This document shows, one piece after another, positions 21,033-31,473 of a DNA stretch of 64,000 nucleotides; the stretch's first letter is position 1, and each line of letters begins with the position of its first letter. The position numbers were made by a program, and so were the translations under genes. The notes beneath the pieces were generated by a model. The model had not been told where the DNA came from and did not search any database. It worked only from the letters and a program-made list of their open reading frames with translations. Source of the DNA: Candidatus Freyarchaeum deiterrae (GTDB lineage Archaea > Asgardarchaeota > Jordiarchaeia > Jordiarchaeales > Jordiarchaeaceae); the NCBI GenBank assembly GCA_037305845.1, contig CP147778.1, forward strand, positions 1,216,001 to 1,280,000, written 5' to 3'.

Positions 21033-21375
21033 GTCTAATCGTCCCTTCCACGCTTATAGGCGAGGATTCATCCAATTTTTCTGTTATTTTCGAGTTTGTT
21101 CTGGTTTTCGGATTTTCCGTGACCTGAAGTTCTACTTTTAGTTTAGGAAATATTTCTTTGACTGACTCAAGAATTTCTGTGGTTGATTTTTCAGCTTCCG
21201 GCGTCTTGGTACTGGTGAATAGTACTTGATTCCAATTGGGAAACAGTGAGAGAACACCTACGAATTGGTTGTTTCTGATTAAAAAATATTCGCAGCAGTG
21301 TTGTCTTACCCTAAAGCCCTTTTCAGCCAGAAGACTTCTCAAATCTTGCAGTTTATTCGAAGTGACCACATACAT
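21004..21375 (-). CDS. Hypothetical protein
   Basis: 123-aa ORF with upstream GAGGG, overlapping the ferredoxin start. Confidence 0.5.
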   Translation of the reverse strand: MYVVTSNKLQDLRSLLAEKGFRVRQHCCEYFLIRNNQFVGVLSLFPNWNQVLFTSTKTPEAEKSTTEILESVKEIFPKLKVELQVTENPKTRTNSKITEKLDESSPISVEGTIRLGRKRKSGA

Positions 21376-21555
21376 GGTAGGGTTCCCTCAAATTTTAATA
21401 TTCTTTTAATATTACAGTTTAAAAGAAATGGTTGGTGGCGTATTAAGTTTTTGAAGAGTAATAGTAAGGTTCTCCATAAATACTTTAAAAAGATTAAAAA
21501 AATACAAATAATAGAGAATTAAAAACATTATGAACGCTAGAAGCTTTGGGGTTGC

Positions 21556-22332
21556 GTGGACATGATAAGCAACAAAACCAAAAAGACGTTAGAGGACATC
21601 GGGCTCACCAAGTACGAGATTGAGGTTTATTTAACGCTTGTGAATTCCGGCTCTCTTACCGCGATTGAATTGAGTAAAAAAAGTGGTGTGCCCTATTCTA
21701 GGATATACGAGGTAGCTGAAAGGCTTGAGAAGAAGGGTTGGGTGAGGTCGGATAGAGGAAGACCTAACAGGTACATGCCCAGACCTCCGCTGGAGGCGAT
21801 GAGGAATCTTAAGCTTCAAATGCAGAAGGAGTTAGAGGAAAACGAGGGGCAGATTGTTAACGAGCTTCAACCGCTTTATGAAAAAAGTGGAGAGTCTGAA
21901 CGACCGGACATCTGGATAATTCACGGAGAGGATAATCTCTTAGAAAAAGTCAGAGAGATGGTGGATAAAACAAAGAAGAACATATTAATCGCTTTTCCGA
22001 AAATAACGGATGAGAACTTGGATACTCTGCAACAGATTTTGGATAAACTGAGAGGCAAAGATGCAGAAATAAAATTCATGACCTCGAATGTTGGAGATCA
22101 GATTTTGAACAAATTGTTTAAATACTCTGGAGAGATAAGAACTCGAGACGTATTATATGGCGGCGGTATAATAGTAGATAACCGTGAGGCAATCATTATA
22201 TTTCCAGAAATCACTCATGAAGGGGAAATTATTTTCTCCTTGGGAATATGGTCGGATCATCTGGGACTCGCCGCATTAGCAGCCGATTACTTTGGGTACC
22301 TTTGGAATACATCCAAGGTGATTAAAAGATGA
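21556..22332 (+). CDS. TrmB family transcriptional regulator
   Basis: GLTKYEIEVYLTL...SGVPYSRIYEVAERLEKKGWV...GRP wHTH plus effector domain. Confidence 0.92.
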   Translation: MDMISNKTKKTLEDIGLTKYEIEVYLTLVNSGSLTAIELSKKSGVPYSRIYEVAERLEKKGWVRSDRGRPNRYMPRPPLEAMRNLKLQMQKELEENEGQIVNELQPLYEKSGESERPDIWIIHGEDNLLEKVREMVDKTKKNILIAFPKITDENLDTLQQILDKLRGKDAEIKFMTSNVGDQILNKLFKYSGEIRTRDVLYGGGIIVDNREAIIIFPEITHEGEIIFSLGIWSDHLGLAALAADYFGYLWNTSKVIKR

Positions 22333-22352
22333 AAATTATGGAGGCTTACTGA

Positions 22353-23159
22353 TTGTTTAGAAAGCCGATAATAGGCCGCTTCCTATCCTATCACAGACAC
22401 GAAAATCCAAGCCCCGCAGTAATAGCCTTTAGAGAATTGATTTACCGAACCATAGGACACCCCTACCTACTCGACGTGATAAGGGCCGAGAGAGTCTTTA
22501 AGGCACTAGATCCTAAACCCAAGCAGAAAGTTCTGGATCTGGGATGCGGTTGGGGCGTCTGGAGTGTCGCGCTAATGGAGAATGGTTTAAAGATGGTTGC
22601 CGTGGACTTGCCCAACGAAGATTTCTTCGAGGCTCATAAATCCGCCCAAATAAATGATTTACCAATAGACTTCTTAATAGCGGATGGCCAAGCCCTTCCC
22701 TTTAGGGAAGATATCTTTGACGGTATTATAATGCTGGATGTTTTGGAACACATTCCCGATGACACTAAGGCGATGCAGGAGTCAAAAAGAGTGATAAAAG
22801 AAGGTGGAGCTGTAGTAGGAACGGTTCCCACCGTCGAGAGAGAGAAGATAATCATAAAGGAAAAATTAGTGAGGAACGAGCTGACAAGAGAGGATCTTAA
22901 CCTCGGACACCACAGAAGATACACTCTCAAGAGAATATTGAAGCTAATAAAGAGTGTGGGCATGAAAGCCGCTGCCTATGGTTACTACAATCAGCAGTTC
23001 AGCGAGGTTGCCGAGGAAATAAGAGAATTTCTCAGGCGTCACAAGATTCCTGATTACGTAGTATTTACCTTCCTCTACCCAATAGCCAAGATAGACGATT
23101 ACATTATAGCAGAGGGAGTAAAAGGCAGTGGATGCTATTTCAAGGCTGTTAAAACCTAG
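22353..23159 (+). CDS. Class I SAM-dependent methyltransferase
   Basis: VLDLGCGWG, ADGQALPF, DVLEHI, HHRRY. Confidence 0.9.
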   Translation: MFRKPIIGRFLSYHRHENPSPAVIAFRELIYRTIGHPYLLDVIRAERVFKALDPKPKQKVLDLGCGWGVWSVALMENGLKMVAVDLPNEDFFEAHKSAQINDLPIDFLIADGQALPFREDIFDGIIMLDVLEHIPDDTKAMQESKRVIKEGGAVVGTVPTVEREKIIIKEKLVRNELTREDLNLGHHRRYTLKRILKLIKSVGMKAAAYGYYNQQFSEVAEEIREFLRRHKIPDYVVFTFLYPIAKIDDYIIAEGVKGSGCYFKAVKT

Positions 23160-23228
23160 AAGTATGAAGAATACTTATCTAGGATTTTTGTATGAAGCCC
23201 CACGAGCATTCACTTTTTCTTAATTCTT

Positions 23229-23978
23229 CTAGCTGGAGACATGTTTTTTTATAGTATTTATGGAAGCCCGGTAGTTATTTATAAGTAGCTTAAGGTAGGC
23301 TTCGGTTTTCTTGGCGTTTTCAACTTCACCCGAAGTATCCAAATTCGTATTAACATGTTTTATAGCGCTTTCTAGATATTGAACAGATTCTTCAAGGTAT
23401 TGAACAGCTTTTCTAAAATTTTTCTCAAGAACCGCTACAAGAGAGTTGAAAAAGGAGATTTTAGCCTTCAGGATATTCACTCCTCCGCCTAATACTGAAA
23501 CCAGATCTTGATCCTTAGCTTCCGACACTTTTTTCAGTGCAGTCTCCAGTTCGGGCAGAATTGGTTTAATGTGCTCCAAAGCTTTCGAGAAAGCCTCCTT
23601 TATTTTTTGTGTACCGTGCACAGAAGCAGTATCTAAAATCATGTTTCCAAATTGAATCTTATTAAGAGAAATCTTGTCCACAAAACTAAACAGTGAATCG
23701 TTAAGTTCCATCATAAAAAGTTGGTTTGAAACTTCTATGATGCATCTCTGAGATTTGAAAAAAAGACGTATCGCTTCCATCAAGGGGGAATAGTAGTTAT
23801 TTGCGCTTCTTGTTTTATTTTCATAATTCTGTTCAAGTTCTTTTGAAAGAGAGATAATTTCTTTTGTCACCTCTACTCCCTTAACATAGTTGAAAGCATC
23901 ATCTCCATACAATTCCCGATAAGCATCCACAAGTGACTCATACTTCTTAAGCTTATTATAACTCAAAACAATCACCAT
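23229..23978 (-). CDS. Hypothetical all-helical (TPR-like) protein
   Basis: Amphipathic helical repeats such as AVQYLEESVQYLESA. Confidence 0.55.
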   Translation of the reverse strand: MVIVLSYNKLKKYESLVDAYRELYGDDAFNYVKGVEVTKEIISLSKELEQNYENKTRSANNYYSPLMEAIRLFFKSQRCIIEVSNQLFMMELNDSLFSFVDKISLNKIQFGNMILDTASVHGTQKIKEAFSKALEHIKPILPELETALKKVSEAKDQDLVSVLGGGVNILKAKISFFNSLVAVLEKNFRKAVQYLEESVQYLESAIKHVNTNLDTSGEVENAKKTEAYLKLLINNYRASINTIKKHVSS

Positions 23979-24099
23979 AATTTGAATTACATTAAACCGA
24001 TTCAGAAATGTTTTAATCGATTTGGAAAGATGACAGGGTCAATAAAACCTTTCGCCTCTAGAAGCTAAGAGAAGGAATATCTAATCAAGGTTCGGAACC

Positions 24100-25395
24100 T
24101 CAAGGCAATAGTCTGTTAATGAATCTGGGAAACAGTGTAGCCTCACGAATATGCTCTAGGCGGAAAATCCATTCTATAGTCCGCTCAATACCTAGTCCGT
24201 AACCGCCGTGGGGAACAGAGCCGTACTTCCTAAAGTCCGTGTACCAGCGATAATCTTCCAGATTTGCATTTATCTCTCCCAACCGCGAAATAATTTTATT
24301 GTAATCATCCTCTCTCATCCCGCCGCCGATAATCTCACCCACAGTAGGTACCAGCAAATCCACAGCCTGAGCCAGGGTTTCATCTGATTCTTTTCTCTTA
24401 AAGTAAAAAGCCTTCTGAATAACTGGAAATTCTGTAAGGAAAATAGGCACCCCAAAGTGATCGACAAGCATCCTCTCCTTAGACTCCTCTATATCCATTC
24501 CCGGCTCAATGCTGACGCCCCTAGACTTGAAGAACTCTAAAGCCTCGGCATAGGTCATCCGTTTAAAAGGCTGTTTAGGCACCTCAAGGTCGGTAACGCC
24601 GAACAGCTCCAAAATTTTATAATCTTCCTCTAAGGTTCTTTTGACGATGTGTACGATGGTGTCTTCAGCAAATCTAATCAAGTCTTCAAAATCGATAAAC
24701 GCTAGTTCCGGCTCAAAGTGGTAATACTCTAGAAGATGTCTCCTAGTTCTATGGTGTTCAGCTCGAAAAGATTTTTGAATACAGTAAACGTTGCCAAGAG
24801 CGGGGAGAACCGCCTCTAAATAAAGTTGGGAAGATTGTGTTAGGTAGGCGGTATCATCAAAATATTTCACGGGGAAGAGCGTAGCTCCTCCCTCACAAGC
24901 CGCCTTTGTTAGTGCGGGAGGAATTACCTCTGTTAAACCTCTCTCGACACAGAATTCTCTCAAATACCTAAGTAATTTATCAGTATAGCGCAGCACAGCT
25001 GAAGCTTTTTCTCCACGGACAACCAGATGCCTCTTATCCAACAATAGCTCAACTGAGGAGTCAGGCTGAATCTCCTCCTCTATACTTGACTGTGAAGGAG
25101 AAATTACCTTAGCACCATTCGCCCTTATTTCATAACCATAAGGAGACCTCTCATCTTCCGATACGTCACCCGTAACAATTAAAGAGGCTTCTCTATAACT
25201 ATTAAAGACCTCATTATAACCCTGAACGTTATCTCTCAATACCACTTGAACGAAACCAGTCCCATCTCTTACCACCAAAAAAAGCATATGCTTCCCATGC
25301 TCTCTTTTAAGGTGCATCCAACCACGAATTTGAACGGTTTCACCTACATGGTTTTGCATGTCAGAGATACGTACAACCTTTTCCATAGAAATCAT
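24100..25395 (-). CDS. asnS: Asparaginyl-tRNA synthetase
   Basis: OB anticodon domain RDGTGFVQ, CEGGATLF, YLTQSSQLYLE, FRAE..RTRRHL, WYTDFRKYGSVPHGGYGLGIER. Confidence 0.92.
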   Translation of the reverse strand: MISMEKVVRISDMQNHVGETVQIRGWMHLKREHGKHMLFLVVRDGTGFVQVVLRDNVQGYNEVFNSYREASLIVTGDVSEDERSPYGYEIRANGAKVISPSQSSIEEEIQPDSSVELLLDKRHLVVRGEKASAVLRYTDKLLRYLREFCVERGLTEVIPPALTKAACEGGATLFPVKYFDDTAYLTQSSQLYLEAVLPALGNVYCIQKSFRAEHHRTRRHLLEYYHFEPELAFIDFEDLIRFAEDTIVHIVKRTLEEDYKILELFGVTDLEVPKQPFKRMTYAEALEFFKSRGVSIEPGMDIEESKERMLVDHFGVPIFLTEFPVIQKAFYFKRKESDETLAQAVDLLVPTVGEIIGGGMREDDYNKIISRLGEINANLEDYRWYTDFRKYGSVPHGGYGLGIERTIEWIFRLEHIREATLFPRFINRLLP

Positions 25396-25494
25396 CTGTT
25401 TGTCATTTCTAAGAACAGGCCCTTTTTAAGGCTAATTAGAGACTAGGGGCATCGTATGAAAAATATATCCGAGTTTTAATAATTTGAATATTTT

Positions 25495-26424
25495 TCACAG
25501 GGGAGCCGCGCAATTGGAACAGAATTTTGCAGTTGGTGGGCTCGCTTTTCCGCATTTGTAACAGTACTTCCAGCCACAATTTGAGCAAATGACTGGCTGG
25601 TTAGATTTTTTGCCGCAGTTTGGACATTTGAATCCTTGAGAGGTAGGTTGCGTTTTTACCGAAGACTTCGGTGTAACATCCGAATATAACTCTTTTATCC
25701 ATTTGGTGATTTGACTAAGGTCGGGTGAGGATAACGCTAGGTTTTTTCCACCCGTTATGTCAGCGGCTTCTTTAAACAGGTCGTGGTGCGCGTTTTTGCC
25801 TATGCTGATACAGTTGAGGTGAATATCTCGTCTGTCTCCTAGTGTATCTTTGACGGTCTTTAGAAATTTTTCAGGAGAATCTCCAGATTTCTCGTATGGC
25901 GCTGCATCCGAGATAAGTACGAAGAATACTGGCTTCACTTGGTTCTCTTTAATCATCATTTCTGCTAGCTCCACTCCCCTCTCTATGGCTCCGCTAAGGT
26001 TGCTTCCACCCTTACAGTTCAGCCCAAAGTCCAGCATGGCGATTATAGCTTCAGGAGCGTCCTCCTCTGTAGTTTTGAAAATGGCTAGTTCTCTATTCTC
26101 ACGGTCCGGCCAAACATCGTCGTTAAAGAAGAAAACCGAGAAGAGGTTTCCGATTTTACGTCTAAGCATGTCATCAAAGGTCAGAATACCCGCAGTCACA
26201 GCCCCGGCGCATCTCTTAACTAGTTTGTCGGGAACATTCAGCATCTCTTTTAATCGGTTAACGCTTTCCGAGGATAGGGGAACATAGTATTTTTCCAAGA
26301 TTTTTGATAGGCTTTCTTCCCCGGGCGCCCAAACATTCGACGAGACGCGTACATCATTATACCTGATCATGCTGAAACTGTTATCCATTCCTATGACAAT
26401 GTTTTTCCCCTTAACTTGAGCCAT
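25495..26424 (-). CDS. vWA domain protein with C-terminal zinc ribbons
   Basis: MIDAS DNSFS, GSNLSGAI, VLISD; C-terminal CPNC/CSNC/CYKC/CSNC. Confidence 0.8.
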   Translation of the reverse strand: MAQVKGKNIVIGMDNSFSMIRYNDVRVSSNVWAPGEESLSKILEKYYVPLSSESVNRLKEMLNVPDKLVKRCAGAVTAGILTFDDMLRRKIGNLFSVFFFNDDVWPDRENRELAIFKTTEEDAPEAIIAMLDFGLNCKGGSNLSGAIERGVELAEMMIKENQVKPVFFVLISDAAPYEKSGDSPEKFLKTVKDTLGDRRDIHLNCISIGKNAHHDLFKEAADITGGKNLALSSPDLSQITKWIKELYSDVTPKSSVKTQPTSQGFKCPNCGKKSNQPVICSNCGWKYCYKCGKASPPTAKFCSNCAAPL

Positions 26425-26564
26425 CAAAAACCCTCTTTCAAAACTCTTTAGGTACCAAAACAACCAGACACTAACTAATTATTAATAAAACTTAGGCTAA
26501 AAACTATTCCCTCTAAGCAAACGCAATAAATTAAATCAACAACTCAAAATAATAGGAATAAACT

Positions 26565-26996
26565 TTAACGAGCGATGAAAACAGGTCTTTTGCTCGAGCG
26601 TAAAATCTTCATAGCATGACTGCCCACTACTACTCTTTGAGTTCCAGTAGTTCCACGTATACCGACAACTATCAAGTCTACACCTTCTCTCTCAGCTTGG
26701 TCGCAAACTAATTTCCCAGGGTCGCCCTCCAAAACATATTTGGCAATCTTTATACTTTTGCTTTTTGCTTTTTTCTCAGCTTCGTCCACAAATTGCTTCG
26801 CCTTCGCCTTCATCTGTTCTTTTATCTCTTGTATACCTTCTTTCGCGTAGGGTTCCAGACGTTCCAATTGAGCCATTTCCACTACGCTTAGAACAACGAG
26901 TTCGGCTCCGAAGGCCTCTGCCAACGCAACAGCATAATCCACGGCCTTTTCAGCATACTTCGATCCGTCTGTTGCTACTAGAATCTTCTTAAACAT
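26565..26996 (-). CDS. Universal stress protein (UspA family)
   Basis: KKILVATDGS, DLIVVGIRG, GS..MKIL...PV. Confidence 0.93.
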   Translation of the reverse strand: MFKKILVATDGSKYAEKAVDYAVALAEAFGAELVVLSVVEMAQLERLEPYAKEGIQEIKEQMKAKAKQFVDEAEKKAKSKSIKIAKYVLEGDPGKLVCDQAEREGVDLIVVGIRGTTGTQRVVVGSHAMKILRSSKRPVFIAR

Positions 26997-27145
26997 GACA
27001 AGACACCGATTATGAAATACACTATTAATCTACTTTAAAACTTAGTGTTAGTAAATTTGAATCTGAAAAAGCAATTTTAGGAATTGGTTTAAGTAATAAT
27101 TTTTCATTCAGATTTGATACTTAGTGTATAACTTACAAAAACAAA

Positions 27146-28141
27146 ATGAATTTAAATCCTAGAACTTACGTTCTCACAGCAAATATGGAGTTGTTTGTTT
27201 TGTCCCAGGGAAATAGTATCAAGGAATTACAGGAAGAGATTTTAAAACTTAAGAAGAGAGAGAACATATTTCTTCCCGCCCATAACTATCAAAGGCCCGA
27301 GATTCAAGAAATCGCAGACGTTCTAGGCGACAGTCTCGAATTAGCAAGATTGGCTCAAAAAGAGATCAAAGCAGACACAATCGTTTTCTGCGGAGTCGAC
27401 TTTATGGCGGAAACAATGTCAATTCTCAATCCAGACGCCGAGATTTACGTCCCTGATACAAAAGCCAGATGCCCCATGGCAATGATGTGCCCAAAAAATA
27501 TTCTCTTAAAGGCGAAAGCAGAACACCCAGACCTACCGGTAGTATTGTATGTTAACACCCTTGCTGAAGCGAAGGCGGAAGCCGATGTCATATGCACATC
27601 CGCAAATGCGGCAAAAGTAGTAAAAGCCTTAGGCGTTGACAAGGTTCTCTTCGGACCGGATAAAAATCTTGCAGCCTATGCGGAAAAAAAGACCGGGGTT
27701 AAGACCATTCCAGTACCGGAGGATGGATACTGTATCGTGCACGTAAGATTCACACCTGAAATGATTCTGGAACTGAAAAACAAGTACCCTAATGCGGTTG
27801 CACTCGTTCACCCTGAGTGTGAAATGGAGGTTCAGAACGTAGCGGATATAGTTGGATCCACAAGTTACATGTTCAACTATGTCAAAGAATCAAAAGAGAA
27901 GGAATTCATCATCGGAACAGAGATAGGTCTTATAGAACGTATGAAAAGGGAAATCGGAGGAAGCAAAATACTTATCCCCGCGTCGGAAAAAGCTATCTGC
28001 AGGAACATGAAGTTAAACACTCTAGAAAAAATACGAGATGTAATCATTAATAAACCCAAGGAGAATGTGGTAAAGGTTCCCGAAAAGGTGGCAGAGAAGG
28101 CAAGAGATGCGCTTGAAAAAATGTTCCAACTAACCAAATAA
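27146..28141 (+). CDS. nadA: Quinolinate synthase
   Basis: AHNYQ, GDSL, FCGVDFMAE, CPMA, LYVNT, CTSAN, CIVH, VHPEC, GST, GTE, C.NMK; true start may be slightly downstream. Confidence 0.96.
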   Translation: MNLNPRTYVLTANMELFVLSQGNSIKELQEEILKLKKRENIFLPAHNYQRPEIQEIADVLGDSLELARLAQKEIKADTIVFCGVDFMAETMSILNPDAEIYVPDTKARCPMAMMCPKNILLKAKAEHPDLPVVLYVNTLAEAKAEADVICTSANAAKVVKALGVDKVLFGPDKNLAAYAEKKTGVKTIPVPEDGYCIVHVRFTPEMILELKNKYPNAVALVHPECEMEVQNVADIVGSTSYMFNYVKESKEKEFIIGTEIGLIERMKREIGGSKILIPASEKAICRNMKLNTLEKIRDVIINKPKENVVKVPEKVAEKARDALEKMFQLTK

Positions 28142-28196
28142 TTCTGCCGATTCGCAGCATTTTGAATTTTAATAGTTCAACCAAAAATAGTTAAGC

Positions 28197-28478
28197 TCAA
28201 CCACCGTGAACCGCTGAAAGGAGAAAAACAGTATCTCCGTCCTGTAATTTTGTGTTTAATCCCTGAAGTACTTCTATGTCTTTTTTGTTTACCAGAATGA
28301 TTATGCCTGAATTCAACTCCCCCTCATGATCCAAAATAGAATTAAAAAGCTTCTTGTCGACTGCAAGTATGGAATTAAGAAGAGAAAGAACCGTTGCTTC
28401 ATTATCCATATTAAAAGACATTTTACTCTTTTTCGCGATGTATTTGAGAGACGACATAACTTGAACCTCAACCTTCAT
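28197..28478 (-). CDS. Ubiquitin-like sulfur carrier (Urm1/SAMP/MoaD family)
   Basis: Beta-grasp pattern, GIIILVNKKDIEVL..L.TKLQDGD and C-terminal VHGG. Confidence 0.85.
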   Translation of the reverse strand: MKVEVQVMSSLKYIAKKSKMSFNMDNEATVLSLLNSILAVDKKLFNSILDHEGELNSGIIILVNKKDIEVLQGLNTKLQDGDTVFLLSAVHGG

Positions 28479-28791
28479 AGAGTCACCCATAAAAAGCTGA
28501 ATTTTTTGAATGCAAAAAGTTTCGAAGCCCATTTTATCCCTAAAATTGGTCTATTAATTTATGAGCCTTAGATTTTATAGTATTTTCCCATGATGTAAAC
28601 CTGCCTTTTCTAAAGGTGCTTTCAGTAAAAAGAATTAGCGTTTGGGAAAAAGAAAGTTTGATAGAAAACTGAATGTTGATCAAAATAGGTGCATTTCCTC
28701 ATTGCTTGATGGGCTCAGTGCAGGTCAGTTCTATCATCTATGTCCCCTATTCGTATTCCCTCTTTTTAGAGTTTCTGTCGACTGAACTCTA

Positions 28792-29961
28792 CTATTTCTT
28801 AATTTTGCTTTTTAGCCAGTAAGGAGCAGCTTGAACCAGTATTCTATTATAGGATTTTCTCCCAAGTAAAAGGTCGCCTATCAGTTTCTGCATGCTTTTA
28901 TCGGACATGATCCCGCTTCCCGCTTTTGAGGACTGCCCCTTTAAGAAATAATTTTTGAGCCACACTCCCCATTTCAAATCGCTGCCAATTTGTTTTTTTA
29001 ATTTTTTCTGATAATCTGACAAAACTTTCTCGCCGTAATTATTTTTTTGAAACGCGTTATTGATAACTTCGGCAGCGATTTCTCCGCTCTTCATAGAGTA
29101 ATACATACCTTCTCCAGTGATTGGAGATACCGTGCCTGCCGCATCTCCCAAAAGAACTATTCTGTCGGAATAGATTTTAGAGGTTAGACCTGAAAGCGGA
29201 ACTAAGGCAGCGTCGAACCGAATTACTTTGGCTCCTTCCAGTTTCTTAGAAGCGACGGGATGTTTATTGACAAAATTTTCGAGGTAGTTTTTCAGATTTT
29301 CTTCAACTTTTGACAAAAGTGCCCCCACACCCACCGCGATACAGTCTCTCTTTGGAAATATCCAAGCGTAGCCGAAGGGAGAGACATCGCCGCCGTAGTA
29401 GAACTCGTTTCTTCTTCCAAATCTTTCATCTATTAATTCGGGCTTCATGCTCATTAAATATTGTACACAGAAACCAAGAGACGAACGGTCTTCAGTTGGA
29501 TTCAATAAATTTTTGATAAAAGAATTTGCACCATCTGCTCCTACAACCATTTTTGTTTTTACCGTTTCAGATATCGATAGCTCCACATAGTCTTGTTGCA
29601 CCTTTAATTTTTTAACGCGTTCTTTTGACCTCACTTCCGCACCAGCAGAAATCGCCTTTTGAGCTAAATATTTTCCGAGTTTTGTGCGATGAACGTTGCC
29701 CCCCACTCTCTCATTGTAGTCTATGTTAAAAGATTCTCCCTCTCTATAAGCCACTCTAACCCCCCAAATTTCCCTTTCCAAGATACTATCATCCAAAGCA
29801 AACTCATGTAAAGCTCTCTCTGTCAGCATACCTCCGCAGGGCTTATCTATATTGGGCTCGGCTCTATCATCTAAAACGAGTACATTAAGACCGTATGAAG
29901 ACAATTTTTCTGAACAAATAAGTCCAGCTGGTCCCCCGCCCACAACAATTATATCCATCAT
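28792..29961 (-). CDS. Geranylgeranyl reductase family flavoprotein
   Basis: GGGPAG, KPCGG, GADG, GYAWIFPK, LGDAAG...PITGEG. Confidence 0.88.
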   Translation of the reverse strand: MMDIIVVGGGPAGLICSEKLSSYGLNVLVLDDRAEPNIDKPCGGMLTERALHEFALDDSILEREIWGVRVAYREGESFNIDYNERVGGNVHRTKLGKYLAQKAISAGAEVRSKERVKKLKVQQDYVELSISETVKTKMVVGADGANSFIKNLLNPTEDRSSLGFCVQYLMSMKPELIDERFGRRNEFYYGGDVSPFGYAWIFPKRDCIAVGVGALLSKVEENLKNYLENFVNKHPVASKKLEGAKVIRFDAALVPLSGLTSKIYSDRIVLLGDAAGTVSPITGEGMYYSMKSGEIAAEVINNAFQKNNYGEKVLSDYQKKLKKQIGSDLKWGVWLKNYFLKGQSSKAGSGIMSDKSMQKLIGDLLLGRKSYNRILVQAAPYWLKSKIKK

Positions 29962-30049
29962 AATTTAGATCCTCCAAAAGTATGCCTTTACAAACTACGA
30001 TAACAACAGGAAATTCATTTCTATCCAAATAATTTATGCTGTAAATGTT

Positions 30050-30835
30050 TTATTTTATACTTTTTATAGTGTTGAGGGAGATTTTTATGGCGTCGTCTAA
30101 TCCTTGTATTAATTCTGATGCGAACTTTTCGATGCCAGAAAAAATAAATCCTGTTGTAGGATTATCGCTTACTACCATAATCGCTGCGGTCTTTATGTTG
30201 TAGATTTTGCCCAGAGTAAAAATTGCTGAGCACTCCATATCTATTCCCACGCATCCCTTTTCGACAGCCTTTTTGAATAGTTCTGGAGTTTCTCGAAATA
30301 GAGCGTCAGTTGTCCAAACCGGACCTATGTGGACATTCTTTCCATACTCTTTGGATTTTTGGATCAGCAGATTTGTTAATTCCGAATTAGCTTCTACTCT
30401 CTCGCCTTCCATATAATGTCTGGTGGTGCCGTCTCCCTTAAAGGCTGAATCTGCGATAATTATGTCGCCAATCTTAATATCGTCCCTTAGACTGCCTAGG
30501 AAGTCTACTCTAATCGCGGTCTTCACATCGGCATGGTGTAATGCCTCAAGAACAATAGCAGCCGCAGGGCACCCAATTCCAGTAGAAACCACGGAGACGC
30601 TTAATGAATCCACTTTTCCTAGGTGTGTTTGACCCTTGGTCTCGAGGTTTTTTATGTATCCTAAGATTACGTTGGTGACCGTGGAAGTTGCTGGAAGTAG
30701 CACTGTTTTCGCAATTGCATTCGGCCCGCAACCGAGTAAGAAATACACGATTCGAGAATCTTGAGACAACAACCTCATCCCTATAGATTTAGGCATAGCT
30801 TCAATGTTGTATTTTAAATTTTTCAGGAACCGCAT
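30050..30835 (-). CDS. Nucleoside phosphorylase (PNP/UDP family 1)
   Basis: STGIGCPAA, GDGTT, VWTTDALFRET, IDME, VVSD. Confidence 0.85.
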   Translation of the reverse strand: MRFLKNLKYNIEAMPKSIGMRLLSQDSRIVYFLLGCGPNAIAKTVLLPATSTVTNVILGYIKNLETKGQTHLGKVDSLSVSVVSTGIGCPAAAIVLEALHHADVKTAIRVDFLGSLRDDIKIGDIIIADSAFKGDGTTRHYMEGERVEANSELTNLLIQKSKEYGKNVHIGPVWTTDALFRETPELFKKAVEKGCVGIDMECSAIFTLGKIYNIKTAAIMVVSDNPTTGFIFSGIEKFASELIQGLDDAIKISLNTIKSIK

Positions 30836-31247
30836 AATTTAATGTACTATCTATTAAGAGATATCTTTTTACCAAAATGGGTTTCAAGAGCGGTTTCTTC
30901 TATGCCAGTTTTAAAATAAAATAAGGAAAAAGGAATGTTATAAAAGTATGGCTGAGTGAAAGTAAAGACTCCGATGTTCATTTAATATAAAGCATATATA
31001 GAGTATGTAACTGCCATTTTTAAGACTCCGCCTCCCTGCACTTCGAAACCTGTTTCTAAAAATCCAAGCCCTATTAATAACCATGGCTTTAATTGATACT
31101 ATTTTGAAAGCTTCACGGAAATGGGAGCACTTTTGCGCTAAATTTATTAAACTAATCTTGAGTTGTGTCTCGGAGAAAGTAATCTTGTCCACCGCGTAGA
31201 TAACTGTACGCTCACCTATTTGAAAAAGAATAACTGGTGCTGATGAA

Positions 31248-31457
31248 ATGAGTAAGAAAATAGAGCTAAGTGAGAATGAAGAAATCCTAGTAAAAGAAGT
31301 AATGGAAGAATTGGGCTTGAAAGGCGGCAAGGACAAGAGGCTAGTGTCAACAATAGGTAAGAGAACGAATTTTGACAGGCGAAGAATGATAGTTACGATC
31401 AAACGAGCGTTAATTGGAAGGGAAGAAGCCAATAATAGTAGCCCAATTCCAGAATAG
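31248..31457 (+). CDS. Small hypothetical protein at the head of the hdrA operon
   Basis: 69-aa ORF with GGTG upstream, ending 16 nt before the hdrA start. Confidence 0.5.
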   Translation: MSKKIELSENEEILVKEVMEELGLKGGKDKRLVSTIGKRTNFDRRRMIVTIKRALIGREEANNSSPIPE

Positions 31458-31473
31458 GAGGTGGTAACCTCAG

